NCBI GenBank assembly: GCA_041615815.1 | Contig: JBFJCP010000001.1 | Location: forward strand, 96,001 to 160,000 | DNA: 64,000 bases | Direction of reading: 5' to 3' | Source of the DNA: Gemmatimonadales bacterium | GTDB lineage: Bacteria; Gemmatimonadota; Gemmatimonadetes; Gemmatimonadales; GWC2-71-9 | Part shown: positions 1 through 10,783 of the stretch, in pieces | Numbering within the stretch: the stretch's first letter is position 1 | How the letters are laid out: each line of letters begins with the position of its first letter | Notes under the pieces: generated by a model | The model's input: the letters and a program-made list of their open reading frames with translations, nothing else | Database searches by the model: none | Told to the model about the DNA's origin: nothing | Translations under genes and position numbers: made by a program

Positions 1-1
1 C

Positions 2-889
2 CACGAGTGCATCGAGCAGCTTCGTGAGTACGTCGGCCGACTCCCCGCGGGCCGTGCGTCGAGCGTCGCACCAGACCGAGCACCGCAGGCCCCCGCCCGT
101 CTTCCGGCCGAATTGTACGACATCCTGCCGCCGGACCACCGCATGGCGTATGACATGCGTGACGTCTTGGCGTGTCTCTTGGATGGAGGCGTGCTCGACG
201 AGTTCCAACCCGACATGGCAAAAGAGATGTTGTGCGGCCACGGTGCGGTTGCCGGGCAACCGGTGGCTGTGATCGCCAACCAGCGCGGGCTGATCAAGCG
301 AGACGGTAGCGGACCCCCGCGGATCGGCGGGATCGTCTACACGGAGAGTGCGGAGAAGGTTGCGTACTTCATTGAGACCGCCAGCCGGGAACGGATCCCG
401 TTGTTGTTCGTGCAGGACGTGAGCGGATTCATGGTGGGACCGGACGCCGAGCAGTCCGGCATCATTCGCGCTGGTGCTCGGTTCGTCGAGGCCATGGCGA
501 CAGCGGTGGTTCCGAAGATCGTCCTGACCGTCAACCACGCCTCCGGAGCCGGGTACTATGCCATGGCGGGGCAGGGGTTCGACCCGGATTTCATCTTTTC
601 CTGGCCCACCGGCCGTATGGGTGTCATGGAAGGCGATTCCGCGGTGCGCGCGGTGTTCGGCGATCGTGTCGAGGACCCATCCAGCGCATCGGCGGTCGAG
701 CAAATGCGCGAAGACTATGACCATCAGTTGGACGCGAAGTACGCGGGTGCCCGGGGATTCGTGGACACGATCATCGCCCCGGAGGACACGCGGTCAGTGC
801 TCGCGTTCGCCCTCTCCGTCACGCGGCACCATCGCGGACCGCACATCGGACCTTTCGTGCTGCCCACGCAGGAGTCTCCTGATACATGA
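2..889 (+). CDS. acyl-CoA carboxylase carboxyltransferase (beta) subunit, 5'-truncated
   Basis: Frame open from window start; motifs LLFVQDVSGFMVG, GIIRAGARFV, ASGAGYYAMAG, WPTGRMGVMEG typical of MccB/AtuC-type carboxyltransferases. Confidence 0.9.
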   Translation, partial: HECIEQLREYVGRLPAGRASSVAPDRAPQAPARLPAELYDILPPDHRMAYDMRDVLACLLDGGVLDEFQPDMAKEMLCGHGAVAGQPVAVIANQRGLIKRDGSGPPRIGGIVYTESAEKVAYFIETASRERIPLLFVQDVSGFMVGPDAEQSGIIRAGARFVEAMATAVVPKIVLTVNHASGAGYYAMAGQGFDPDFIFSWPTGRMGVMEGDSAVRAVFGDRVEDPSSASAVEQMREDYDHQLDAKYAGARGFVDTIIAPEDTRSVLAFALSVTRHHRGPHIGPFVLPTQESPDT

Positions 890-3777
890 CACGCCTCGTC
901 GCATCCATGTCCGCCGCGTTCGCCTCGTCCTTCTTTTTGTTCGGGTGTGGCGGCGGACCCGCACCCGCACCGCCACCGGCACCGGCATCCGCAGCAACCA
1001 CACCTGCCGCTCCGGCAGCGGAACCGGACCGCACCGTGGTGGCGCCGCGCCGCGAGCCCGTCCTCCCTCCGCAGCTGGCGATGCTCGCAGGTCTTCTGCC
1101 GCTCCGCAGCATTGGCGCGGACACCTTTCGTGTGGCACATCCGACGTACGACGGCCGCGGTGTCATCATCGCCATTCTGGATTCCGGAATCGATGCGGGG
1201 GTTCCCGGGCTGCGAACGACGACCACCGGTGAGCGCAAGATTCTCGACCTGCGTGACTTTTCGGGGGAGGGGCGGGTCGCGCTGAACGCGGTGCGCCCGG
1301 AAGGTGGGATCGTCACGATCGGTACCCACCGCCTGGGCGGGTTTGGGCGGGTCGCCCGTATGGCGGCGCCGCCCTACTACGGGGGTGTCTTCTCCGAAAT
1401 CACGCTCGGCACCGCCCCCGACGGCGACCTCAACGGCAACGGGAGCATCCGAGACGAGTATCCGCTGATCGTTGGCAAGGCCAGCAGCGGCTGGGTGCTG
1501 TTCGCCGACACCGACGGAGACGGCTCCTTGGATGACGAGCGGCCGGTACACGACTTTGCCGTGCTCGGTGAGACTCTCTCCTTTTCCGTGCCCGGAAGCA
1601 TGGCGCCCGGACCCATGGCGGTGGCGGCCAATTTCGACGAACACGACGGGCGACCGTTCCTCGATCTCTTCATGGATAATTCGAGCCACGGCACGCACGT
1701 CGCGGGGATTGCGGCAGGGCACGACATGTTCGGTGTCGAGGGGTTCGATGGTGTTGCTCCTGGCGCGTGGCTACTGGGTCTGAAGATCTCCAACAACGCG
1801 CGCGGTGGGGTCTCCGTGACAGGGAGCATGCTGCGAGCGCTGAACTACGCCGCCGATTTCGCGAACCGACGAGCCCTCCCGCTCGTCGTGAACCTGAGCT
1901 TCGGCGTCGGGAACGAACGGGAGGGTGCCGCCGCCATCGATTCCCTCATCGATGAGTTTTCGCTCAAGCATCCAGAGGTCCTCGTCGTCATTAGCGCCGG
2001 CAACGACGGTCCGGGTTGGTCCACGATCGGATTCCCCGGTTCAGCCGAGCTCGCGCTCTCGGTATGTGCGCTCTTCCCCGGAGTGTTCGCGCAGGCACCC
2101 CAACCCGGGGTCCCGCCGGCCCCGGACGTGCTGGGGTGGTGGAGCGGTCGCGGTGGGGAAGTGGCGAAACCCGATATTTGCGCGCCCGGAGTTGCCTTCT
2201 CCAACGTGCCGCCGTGGCGTACCGGCGAGGAAGTATCGGGTGGGACCAGTATGGCCGCCCCGCACGTAGCCGGGACGGTAGCCCTGCTGCTTTCCGCATC
2301 CCACCAACAGGGACGACCCACACGTGCCGTCGATCTCAAGCGGGCCCTCCTCGCATCGGCGACACCCCTGGCCGGAGCCACCGTGCTCGACGTGGGGGCC
2401 GGCGTGGTCAACATTAGCGGGGCCTACCGCTGGTTGATGGCGGCTCACCAAACGGGGGTGTACGACATCCGTGCCCTGAGCCGAGATCTCGGAGCCACGG
2501 GGTCCGCTGCGTTCAGGCGAAATGGTCTGCGAAACGCCACCGACACCCTGCAGCAATTCGTGATCCGGTCGGTTGGGGGGCAGCCGGCCGCACGGCTGCT
2601 CCTGGCAACAGATCAGCCGTGGCTCCGCGCTCCCCCGCACGTGGATCTCCAGGGGCGCCCCGAAACCGTGACCGTCCACTATGACGCGCTCCGGCTCCAA
2701 CGTCCCGGTGCCTACGTCGGCACCGTCTGGGCGATTCCGGCGACGGATACGATTGCCGGTCCTTCCTTTGGACTGGTGAACACGATCGTCGTCCCGCACA
2801 AGCTGGACGACCCATACCTGGCCCGAGGCACGCTCCAGCCCGGTGCCACCGCGCGCCATTTCGTCGACGTGTCGTCGACACGCGGCCTGTCGATCACGCT
2901 GCAGGTATCCGAACCCGGCGAGGAGGCCACCTTGTACGTCTTCGAGCCCTCCGGTCAGCCGCTGCGAGGCGAAAACACCACGACAGCCGGCGCTCAGGCA
3001 GGGCCGACTGCGACGATTCACGTGCCGTCTGACGATCTCGTTCCCGGCGTCTACGAAGCCGTCGTCGTCGCCCCGCCCACGGGTGCCGCGCAATATCTTC
3101 TCGAGGCGGCAGTCCCGGCTGTCGGGATCGGTGCGATCGACCCGGGTCCGCGCGCCCGTGTGACGAACGAATCGGGCAGCACGCTCCCGGTCACCGTGGC
3201 GGGTATCCTCGTGGGCGCGGTTCGTGGGACCACGGTGCGGGGAACACGGGCAGCCCCGGTCCTGATCGGCCTCGACCCGCCCACGTGGGCGAGGCGTGTG
3301 CAGATCGACGTGACGCTGCCCGTTCCCGTTTGGCATCTCCTCACCGACTTCGGCGTGACGGTGTTCGACCAGACGGGAGAGAAGGTCAGTGACAGCCCCT
3401 TGAATTACGCGTTTGGGCGACACACGGTCGATCTCGACTCGTCGGGGGCGCAGGGTCCCTTGATCTTGGAGCTGCTCCCGGGCTTCGCCCACCTCGCTCC
3501 CCCAGAGGACTGGTACGCCGACGTGCGCGTGATCTTCGAGCTCGACGAAGCGATCCCGCTCGCGTTGGAGAGTGCCGACTCGGCGGGCGTCGTGCTCGGT
3601 GCAGGGGAGAGCCGCGAAGTGCAATTCTCGATCCCCGCGGCCGACGACGTTGCGTTCCCGCAGGGATTCGAATCCTGGGTTGAAATCTCGGCGCATGCGC
3701 CACGCGGACCCAGGGCGGCGCGGCGCGCCCCCGGTGGCTCCCCACCCCCAGCCACCGACGTCGATCCGACTCCCTGA
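886..3777 (+). CDS. S8 (subtilase) serine peptidase, tripeptidyl peptidase II-like, probable lipoprotein
   Basis: Catalytic motifs ILDSGID, HGTHVAGI, SAGNDGP, GTSMAAPHVAG; YDGRGVIIAILDSG...TTTGERKILD resembles the TPP II N-terminus; lipobox-like FLFGC followed by a Pro/Ala linker. Confidence 0.85.
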   Translation: MTRLVASMSAAFASSFFLFGCGGGPAPAPPPAPASAATTPAAPAAEPDRTVVAPRREPVLPPQLAMLAGLLPLRSIGADTFRVAHPTYDGRGVIIAILDSGIDAGVPGLRTTTTGERKILDLRDFSGEGRVALNAVRPEGGIVTIGTHRLGGFGRVARMAAPPYYGGVFSEITLGTAPDGDLNGNGSIRDEYPLIVGKASSGWVLFADTDGDGSLDDERPVHDFAVLGETLSFSVPGSMAPGPMAVAANFDEHDGRPFLDLFMDNSSHGTHVAGIAAGHDMFGVEGFDGVAPGAWLLGLKISNNARGGVSVTGSMLRALNYAADFANRRALPLVVNLSFGVGNEREGAAAIDSLIDEFSLKHPEVLVVISAGNDGPGWSTIGFPGSAELALSVCALFPGVFAQAPQPGVPPAPDVLGWWSGRGGEVAKPDICAPGVAFSNVPPWRTGEEVSGGTSMAAPHVAGTVALLLSASHQQGRPTRAVDLKRALLASATPLAGATVLDVGAGVVNISGAYRWLMAAHQTGVYDIRALSRDLGATGSAAFRRNGLRNATDTLQQFVIRSVGGQPAARLLLATDQPWLRAPPHVDLQGRPETVTVHYDALRLQRPGAYVGTVWAIPATDTIAGPSFGLVNTIVVPHKLDDPYLARGTLQPGATARHFVDVSSTRGLSITLQVSEPGEEATLYVFEPSGQPLRGENTTTAGAQAGPTATIHVPSDDLVPGVYEAVVVAPPTGAAQYLLEAAVPAVGIGAIDPGPRARVTNESGSTLPVTVAGILVGAVRGTTVRGTRAAPVLIGLDPPTWARRVQIDVTLPVPVWHLLTDFGVTVFDQTGEKVSDSPLNYAFGRHTVDLDSSGAQGPLILELLPGFAHLAPPEDWYADVRVIFELDEAIPLALESADSAGVVLGAGESREVQFSIPAADDVAFPQGFESWVEISAHAPRGPRAARRAPGGSPPPATDVDPTP

Positions 3778-5163
3778 GTGTCGGAACGCCTACCCGTGAG
3801 CCAGACCATTCGCATTGCATCCGGACAGGGCTTTTGGGGTGACTGGCTCGAGGCTCCAGTCCGGCAGGTGGAGGGCGGACCGATCGACTATTTGATGATG
3901 GACTATCTGGCCGAAGTCACGATGTCCATCATGCAGAAACAGCGTGGTCGGGACCCGACCCTCGGATACGCCAAAGACTTCGTTCCGCTGATGGAACGTC
4001 TCCTTCCGATGCTCGTGGAGCGAGGAATCCGGGTAACGGCCAACGCTGGGGGCGTGAATCCGCGCGCTTGCGCCGAAGCAGTGGTTGGCGCTGCCCGCCG
4101 CCTGGGCCTTCGCGGGAAAGTGCGACTCGGGATCGTCGAAGGGGACGACATCTTGGACCGCCTCGACGATCTATTGGCCCGCGGACACACCCTGGCCAAT
4201 CTGGACACCGCCGAGCCGCTCGCTACAGTACGCGACGCGGTGCAGAGTGCGAACGCGTACCTCGGCGCCTGGCCGGTGGTAGAGGCGCTTCGGCAAGGTG
4301 CGAACATCGTCGTGACCGGAAGGGTCACGGATACCGGACTCACCTTGGGTCCCCTGATTCACGCGTTTCAATGGGCTCCGGAGGCATGGGACCTTCTGGC
4401 CGCAGGGACCGTGGCCGGCCACATCATCGAGTGTGGGGCACAGTGCAGCGGCGGCAATTGTCTGGTGGGATGGGAGCGCCTGCCGAACATGGCCGACCCC
4501 GGCTACCCCATCATCGAGGCTCACCCCAACGGTGAGTTTCTCGTCACCAAGCATTCCGGGACCGGCGGCAGGATCACGGTAGCCAGCGTCACCGAGCAGC
4601 TCGTGTACGAGATGGGAGATCCCCGTCACTACATCACGCCGGACTGTGTTGCGGATTTTACCACGATCCAGTTGCGCAACGCGGGAAGAGACCGCGTGCG
4701 GGTCACCGGTATCCGGGGTCGTCCCGCCACCGATTCGCTCAAAGTCTCACTCTCGTATCACTACGGCTACAAGGCCGTCGGTACACTCGTCTACGCTTGG
4801 CCCGACGCGGTGAAGAAGGCCAAACGGGCAGACAAGATTCTGCGGGCACGCTTGGATGCGCTTGGACTCGAGTTCGAAGAGATCCTCACGGAATACGTGG
4901 GGGTGAATGCAACCCATGGGCCGCTGGCTCCCCCGCCGGATCCGAATCTCGCCGAGGTACAGCTACGGGTGGGGGTCCGGGCCCGCGAACGGGCACCGGT
5001 GGACCGGTTCACGCGAGAGATTGCGCCACTCATTCTGAACGGGCCCCCGAGCGTCACGGGGTTCGCCGGCGGCCGCCCCAAGGTCGAGGAAATCGTGGCT
5101 TACTGGCCAGCGCTCATTCCGAAGTCCGAAATCCGTCCTACCGTTTCCATCGTCGAGGCGTGA
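3778..5163 (+). CDS. AtuA family protein (DUF1446, acyclic terpene utilisation)
   Basis: [40 protein letters not shown] motifs; true start may be GTG 3796. Confidence 0.9.
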   Translation: MSERLPVSQTIRIASGQGFWGDWLEAPVRQVEGGPIDYLMMDYLAEVTMSIMQKQRGRDPTLGYAKDFVPLMERLLPMLVERGIRVTANAGGVNPRACAEAVVGAARRLGLRGKVRLGIVEGDDILDRLDDLLARGHTLANLDTAEPLATVRDAVQSANAYLGAWPVVEALRQGANIVVTGRVTDTGLTLGPLIHAFQWAPEAWDLLAAGTVAGHIIECGAQCSGGNCLVGWERLPNMADPGYPIIEAHPNGEFLVTKHSGTGGRITVASVTEQLVYEMGDPRHYITPDCVADFTTIQLRNAGRDRVRVTGIRGRPATDSLKVSLSYHYGYKAVGTLVYAWPDAVKKAKRADKILRARLDALGLEFEEILTEYVGVNATHGPLAPPPDPNLAEVQLRVGVRARERAPVDRFTREIAPLILNGPPSVTGFAGGRPKVEEIVAYWPALIPKSEIRPTVSIVEA

Positions 5164-5165
5164 GC

Positions 5166-5537
5166 ATGGGTCGGAAAGGCGCTAGGCGAGCGGCTCGGGG
5201 CACCCGGATGGTGCCACTCGTCACCTTGGCACACGCACGCAGCGGTGACAAGGGCAACACGGCCAATGTCGGCCTGATCGCGCTCCGCCCCGAATACTAT
5301 CCGCTCCTCGTGCGCGAAGTCACGGCAGCGCGCGTGGCCCGACATTTTCGCGGTGCCATCGACGGCCCGGTGGAGCGGTTTGAGCTTCCCAATTTGCGTG
5401 CGCTCAACTTTCTCCTCCACGGTGCGCTTGGCGGTGGCGGCACGCTCTCCCTCAAGACGGACGCTCAGGGAAAGGTGTTTTCGACCGCCCTCTTGCGCAT
5501 GGCCATCCCCGTCCCGCGAGATCTCGATGTCCGCTGA
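5166..5537 (+). CDS. AtuA C-terminal-like small protein
   Basis: AHARSGDKGNTANVG...LGGGGTLSLKTDAQGK motif; ATG at 5166 in frame with ORF 4797..5537. Confidence 0.85.
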   Translation: MGRKGARRAARGTRMVPLVTLAHARSGDKGNTANVGLIALRPEYYPLLVREVTAARVARHFRGAIDGPVERFELPNLRALNFLLHGALGGGGTLSLKTDAQGKVFSTALLRMAIPVPRDLDVR

Positions 5538-6288
5538 GCGTCTTCGACTCGAGCTCGCGGACGGCGTGTACACCATCACCTTGGATCGTCCGGAAAAACG
5601 TAACGCCGTGGATGCGTCCATGGTGGACGCGCTGTTGAATGCGCTGGACCGCGCGGACCTCGAGGCCGGCGTTCGCGTCGTTGCCGTTCGGGGAGCCGGC
5701 AAAGACTTCTGTGCCGGAGCGGATCTAGCGGAACTCCTCGCGTCCGTAGACCACGCACCGGAAGCCAACGCGCGCAGTGCCGCGCGCCTGGGCGAGGTAT
5801 TCGTCCGCATGCGCCGTTTGCCGAAGCCGGTTGTGGCCATCGTGCATGGACGAGCGCTTGCCGGAGGATGCGGGCTCGCCACCGCCTGTGATCTCGTGCT
5901 GGCACATGAAGCGGCCGTGTTTGGCTACCCAGAGGTGCGACGCGGCTTTGTCCCAGCCATGGTGATGGCCATGCTGCGCCGGGCCGTGGGGGAGCGGGTC
6001 GCGTTCGACCTGGTCGCGACGGGTCGCCTACTCTCCGCCGCCGAGGCACAGGCCGTGGGACTCATTGCCCGCGTGCTGCCAGCGAGCCAGTTCGATCCCG
6101 AGGTCCAAACGGTGCTACAGCAGCTGGCCGGGGCGAGCGCATCCGCGCTTTCGCTGATCAAGCGACAGCTCTATGAGCTCGAGGGCAAGAGCTTCGACGA
6201 AGCCATTGCGCTCGGGGCCGACGTCAACGCGCTCGCTCGGTCCACCCCGGACTTTCGAGCCGCGGTTGCACGTTTTCTCCAACGATGA
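5527..6288 (+). CDS. enoyl-CoA hydratase/isomerase (methylglutaconyl-CoA hydratase-like)
   Basis: LDRPEKRNA, FCAGADL, ALAGGCGL, YPEVRRG crotonase motifs; ATG 5527 overlaps the upstream gene. Confidence 0.88.
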   Translation: MSAERLRLELADGVYTITLDRPEKRNAVDASMVDALLNALDRADLEAGVRVVAVRGAGKDFCAGADLAELLASVDHAPEANARSAARLGEVFVRMRRLPKPVVAIVHGRALAGGCGLATACDLVLAHEAAVFGYPEVRRGFVPAMVMAMLRRAVGERVAFDLVATGRLLSAAEAQAVGLIARVLPASQFDPEVQTVLQQLAGASASALSLIKRQLYELEGKSFDEAIALGADVNALARSTPDFRAAVARFLQR

Positions 6289-7220
6289 GGGATCGTGTGC
6301 GGCTGGGTGTCACCGCAGCCGTCCTCGTTCTCACGGGTTGTGAGGCCACACCAACTCCGCACAATCTCGCCACCCAAGACTACAGCGTTGGGACGCATGT
6401 AGTGTTGCTCGGAACGGGAACGCCAAACGCGGAACCCGATCGATCTGGGACCGCGTTGGCGGTGTTGGTGGAGGGCAAGGCGTACTTGGTCGATGCCGGC
6501 CCGGGCGTGGTCCGTCAGGCCGCGGCCGCGTTGCAGCGGGGATTGGCGCCGCTCAGAATCCCCGATCTCGACATCGTGTTTCTGACCCACCTGCACAGCG
6601 ACCATACGGTGGGCCTGCCCGACCTGATTTTCACTCCATGGGTGCTGGGCCGGGAGCAGGCTTTGCGACTCTACGGACCCCCGGGAACGGCCCGTCTCGC
6701 CCATGCGCTCGTCGACGCCTACGCCGACGACATTCGGATTCGTACCAGCGGGCTCGAGCCCGGGAACGCCACTGGGTTCCGGGTCGAGCCGGTCGAGATC
6801 GACTCCGGCATCGTGTACCGTGACCAACGGGTGACCGTCACGGCCTTCCGCGTGCGGCACGCGTCGTGGCCGCGTGCCTTGGGATATCGCTTCGCAAGCG
6901 CCACTCGGACGATCGTCATCTCCGGCGACGCCGCCCCGAGCCCATCCGTCGTCACGGCCTGCGACGGCTGTGACGTCCTCGTGCACGAGGTCTATTCCGC
7001 GACGAGCTTCGCGCGCCGGGCCCCCCAATGGCAGCGCTACCATGCCTCGGCGCATACGTCCAGTGTTGAGTTGGCGGCGCTGGCGCGAGAGGCACGCCCG
7101 CGCGTCCTCGTGCTCTATCACCAGCTTCTGTGGGGGACGAGCCCCGAGAGTCTCGTGGCCGAAGTCCAAGCCGGGTGGAGTGGAACGGTCGCGTACGGCC
7201 AGGATCTGGATGTGTTTTGA
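6285..7220 (+). CDS. MBL-fold metallo-hydrolase (RNase Z/AtsA-like), probable lipoprotein
   Basis: LLGTGTP, VDAG, THLHSDH, SGD, HE motifs; lipobox-like VLTGC. Confidence 0.85.
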   Translation: MRDRVRLGVTAAVLVLTGCEATPTPHNLATQDYSVGTHVVLLGTGTPNAEPDRSGTALAVLVEGKAYLVDAGPGVVRQAAAALQRGLAPLRIPDLDIVFLTHLHSDHTVGLPDLIFTPWVLGREQALRLYGPPGTARLAHALVDAYADDIRIRTSGLEPGNATGFRVEPVEIDSGIVYRDQRVTVTAFRVRHASWPRALGYRFASATRTIVISGDAAPSPSVVTACDGCDVLVHEVYSATSFARRAPQWQRYHASAHTSSVELAALAREARPRVLVLYHQLLWGTSPESLVAEVQAGWSGTVAYGQDLDVF

Positions 7221-7329
7221 AGTGCCGAAGGTCGGTGCGCGAAAACGCTCCGCGGCGCGAGCCGATGATTGGAAGCAAAGATGAGTGCGGCTCCACGATC
7301 AGGGGCGATTCGAATGAACCGAGGGCAAC

Positions 7330-8601
7330 GTGGATCGCCCAGTTTCGTTACATACCGCGCGCCTCATCCTTCAGCGATGGTGGGGACACGACGACTTTCA
7401 CTATCACCAGCGGCGTGCCATCCTCGCGGCGCTCCGCGGCCGGGACTGTCTGGCCGTCTTGCCCACCGGCGGCGGCAAGTCACTTTGCTATCAGATTCCA
7501 GGACTTGTGCGCCCTGGCCTCACCGTGATCGTCTCTCCCCTCGTGTCGCTGATGCAGGACCAGGTAGCGGCGCTTCGCGCGCGCCACCTCCCGGCAGCGT
7601 ACGTGGCTGGCGACCAGCCCCGGGTATCCCAGGAGGCTGTGTGGAGCGGCGTCCGAAGCGGGCGCGTGAAGCTGCTGTATGTAGCGCCCGAGCGCTTGCG
7701 TCAGACGGCCGAACGCGTGGGCCGTCGTCCGGTCGGACTCTTGGCCGTGGACGAAGCACACTGCATCTCGGAGTGGGGACACGAGTTTCGACCCACGTAT
7801 CGCGGCTTGGGCCAATACGTCCAGGTCTTGGGCACGCCACCGGTCATGGCGGTGACCGCGACGGCCACGCCGGCCACGCGATGGGAGATCGTACGCAGCC
7901 TCCGCCTCAAGCGACCGGTCATGGCGCTACGCTCGTTCGATCGGCCCAACCTGTGGTTGGGGGTGCGGTGTTTTGCCAACGCCGCGAGCAGGCTCGGAAC
8001 CACCGCGCGAATGCTACGCCGCGTGGCCGACGGAGTGGCGTTGGTGTATGCCCCTACCCGGCATCGGACGGATGATGTCGCGGCCGTGCTTCGCTGGTGG
8101 GGGATCCGAGCGTGGCCCTATCACGCCGGACTGCCCGCGCATGCCCGGCGCCGACTGCTCTACCGCTTTCGGTGCGGCGAGCTCCGGGTGGTGGTCGCCA
8201 CCAGCGCTTTCGGGATGGGGATCGACCGCCCCGACGTGCGCCTCGTGATCCATCTTGGCCTCCCGGTGCGTCCGGAGGCCTACTATCAGCAGGCCGGCCG
8301 CGCGGGCCGTGACGGTGAGCCAGCGGCATGTTGGCTATTCTGGGAAAAGGGGGACCTGCGGCTTGCGTCCCGCTTGGCTGCCCGGGGCGGCGCGGACGGA
8401 CCCGGAACCGTTGCGGCACGCGAGTCTCGCGCCCGAGCGCTCGCCACGATGGAACGGTACGTCAGGGGTCGACAATGCCGTCGACGAGCGCTCCTTGCCT
8501 ATCTCGGGGAGTCGCTCTCACGGTGTGCCGGGTGTGACCGTTGCGCCCGACGCGGGATTCGTGATCCGCTGCGGTACGGCAGTCCCACCTCGAACCGTTG
8601 A
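7330..8601 (+). CDS. recQ: RecQ-family ATP-dependent DNA helicase (short, no HRDC seen)
   Basis: PTGGGKS, VDEAHCISEWGHEFRP, TATAT, AFGMGID, QQAGRAGRDG, C-terminal Zn motif CRR..CAGCDRC. Confidence 0.9.
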   Translation: MDRPVSLHTARLILQRWWGHDDFHYHQRRAILAALRGRDCLAVLPTGGGKSLCYQIPGLVRPGLTVIVSPLVSLMQDQVAALRARHLPAAYVAGDQPRVSQEAVWSGVRSGRVKLLYVAPERLRQTAERVGRRPVGLLAVDEAHCISEWGHEFRPTYRGLGQYVQVLGTPPVMAVTATATPATRWEIVRSLRLKRPVMALRSFDRPNLWLGVRCFANAASRLGTTARMLRRVADGVALVYAPTRHRTDDVAAVLRWWGIRAWPYHAGLPAHARRRLLYRFRCGELRVVVATSAFGMGIDRPDVRLVIHLGLPVRPEAYYQQAGRAGRDGEPAACWLFWEKGDLRLASRLAARGGADGPGTVAARESRARALATMERYVRGRQCRRRALLAYLGESLSRCAGCDRCARRGIRDPLRYGSPTSNR

Positions 8602-8607
8602 CGCGAC

Positions 8608-9933
8608 ATGCTCGACCGCTTCTTCCAATTGCACGCGCATCAAACCACGGTTCGCCGCGAGATCGGCGCCGGGGCCACCACCTTCGTCACGATGTCGTAC
8701 ATCATTTTCGTGCAACCGGTGGTCCTGGGGGCCGCGGGCATGGATCCGGGCGCGGTGATGACGGCGACCTGTCTGTCCAGTGCTCTGGCCACGCTCCTGA
8801 TGGGGCTCCTCGCCAATTATCCCATTGCTCTAGCGCCAGGAATGGGGCACAACTTCTTCTTCACCTACACGGTCGTGATCCTGTTGGGATACACCTGGCA
8901 GCAAGCGCTCGGTGCCATCTTCGTTTCCGGGGTATTGTTCATCGTTCTGGCCTTCATCGGGTTTCGCGAGCGGTTATTGAATGCCGTCCCGGCGGCGTTG
9001 CGCAACGGCATTGCAGCAGGCATTGGCCTCTTGATTGCGCTGGTGGGACTCCAGTGGGGCGGTATCGTCGTCGATAGCCCCGGAACACTCGTGCAGCTGG
9101 GCTCCTTGGGGTCACTCCCGGTGTTGCTCACCGTGCTGGGACTCGCGGTTACGTCGATCCTGCTCGCCTGGCGGGTGCGGGCCGCTATTCTCCTCGGGAT
9201 CGTGACCACCCTGGTGGTCGGGCTGGCGCTGGGAGTGACGGAGTTTCACGGAGTCGTGGGACGTCCTCCAGCGCTGCGCGCCACATTCCTCCAGCTGGAC
9301 GTGCTTGGGGCGCTCCAGACCGGGATGCTCTCCGTCATCTTCGTGTTCTTCTTCCTCGATCTGTTCGACACGGTCGGGACCCTCATTGGCGTCACGCAGG
9401 AGGCGGGGTTGGTGCGGGAGGACGGCACGCTTCCTCGGGCCCGCGGCGCACTCTTGGCCGACGCCATCGGCACCGTGAGCGGAACGCTCCTGGGCACGTC
9501 GACGATCACGAGCTACGTGGAGAGTGCCGCCGGTGTGACCGCCGGAGGCCGTACCGGCCTAGCCAGCGTCGTTACGGCACTCCTCTTCGTGAGTGCGCTG
9601 TTTTGTGCACCGTTGGTGGCGATGATCGGTCGGGGCGTACCGATGGGCGAGGGGCGTGTGCTCTATCCGATGGTCGCACCGGCGTTGATCCTCGTGGGGA
9701 GCTACATGATGAAAAGCGTTGTGCGGATCGAGTGGTCGGATCCGAGCGAAGCGATCCCGGCATTCCTCACGATTCTCGTCATGCCCCTGACCTTCAGCAT
9801 TACCGAGGGCATCGCGTTCGGATTCATTGCCTATGTCGTGCTCAAAGGGGCACGTGGTCGGCTTCGTGAGGTACCCCTGCTCATACAAGTGTTCGCCGGG
9901 TTGTTCGTCCTCCGTTACCTGTTGCTCTCGTGA
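8608..9933 (+). CDS. NCS2/AzgA-family purine permease
   Basis: TTFVTMSYII, APGMG, DLFDTVGT, YVESAAG, GGRTGL, many hydrophobic helices. Confidence 0.92.
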   Translation: MLDRFFQLHAHQTTVRREIGAGATTFVTMSYIIFVQPVVLGAAGMDPGAVMTATCLSSALATLLMGLLANYPIALAPGMGHNFFFTYTVVILLGYTWQQALGAIFVSGVLFIVLAFIGFRERLLNAVPAALRNGIAAGIGLLIALVGLQWGGIVVDSPGTLVQLGSLGSLPVLLTVLGLAVTSILLAWRVRAAILLGIVTTLVVGLALGVTEFHGVVGRPPALRATFLQLDVLGALQTGMLSVIFVFFFLDLFDTVGTLIGVTQEAGLVREDGTLPRARGALLADAIGTVSGTLLGTSTITSYVESAAGVTAGGRTGLASVVTALLFVSALFCAPLVAMIGRGVPMGEGRVLYPMVAPALILVGSYMMKSVVRIEWSDPSEAIPAFLTILVMPLTFSITEGIAFGFIAYVVLKGARGRLREVPLLIQVFAGLFVLRYLLLS

Positions 9934-9991
9934 AGGTGCAGGGGGTGTCGATCGGCTTGCCAGCTTACCGCATGCCAAGCATCATTGTGGC

Positions 9992-10783
9992 GTGAGTTCC
10001 CCCGCGAAACGCGAGGTCGCGACCTCGGCTCGAAGCAGACGGAGGGGCATTACCGAGCGGCTGAGGAGACACGCACCGCCGCGCCGTGGGCCTCTCTTCC
10101 GGCTTTTTTGGCCGATCACGGCCTATCTGCTCACCAACATCACGGTCACGTTCTTCTGGGTCGTATTCCGGGTGTTCAATCGGACCGTGGTCACGGGCTT
10201 GGAACACATCGACGACGAGCCCAACACGATGTTACTGTCGAATCATCAGTCCATGATCGACAGCTTCTTGGTGGGCCTCGTCGCCTATTTCCCACGGGCC
10301 ATGTGGAAACCGCATCTCTTGCCGTGGAATCCGGCCGCCGAAGAGAATTTTTACAGGACGCCCGTGTTACGATGGTTTGCAGACAACTGGAAGTGCATTC
10401 CCATCAAGGAGGGCCGGCGAGACCTGCACGCTCTCCACCGAATGCTGCAGGTATTGCCTGCGGGGGTCATGACCCTCTTCCCCGAGGGCACACGCACGCG
10501 AGATGGCTCGGTGGGCCGCGGCCGACCGGGGGCAGGGCTCGTGATCCTCGGAAGCCGCCCCAAAGTCATTCCCGTCGCCATTGACGGGATGCAGGACGTC
10601 TTACCGATTGGGGCGGTGCTGCCCCGGTTGTTCAAACGGATCTACGTGGCGTACGGCGAGCCGCTCGATTACGCCGACCTTCTCAACAAGCCCCGCTCAC
10701 GCGAAACTGCCCAGGAGGTCGTGGACCGCGCGATGGACGCGGTTCGCCGCAAGCTCGAGGAAATCAGGCGTGATCGGCGGTAG
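9992..10783 (+). CDS. lysophospholipid acyltransferase (PlsC family)
   Basis: NHQSMID (HX4D) and FPEGTR motifs; start uncertain (GTG 9992 chosen). Confidence 0.88.
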   Translation: MSSPAKREVATSARSRRRGITERLRRHAPPRRGPLFRLFWPITAYLLTNITVTFFWVVFRVFNRTVVTGLEHIDDEPNTMLLSNHQSMIDSFLVGLVAYFPRAMWKPHLLPWNPAAEENFYRTPVLRWFADNWKCIPIKEGRRDLHALHRMLQVLPAGVMTLFPEGTRTRDGSVGRGRPGAGLVILGSRPKVIPVAIDGMQDVLPIGAVLPRLFKRIYVAYGEPLDYADLLNKPRSRETAQEVVDRAMDAVRRKLEEIRRDRR

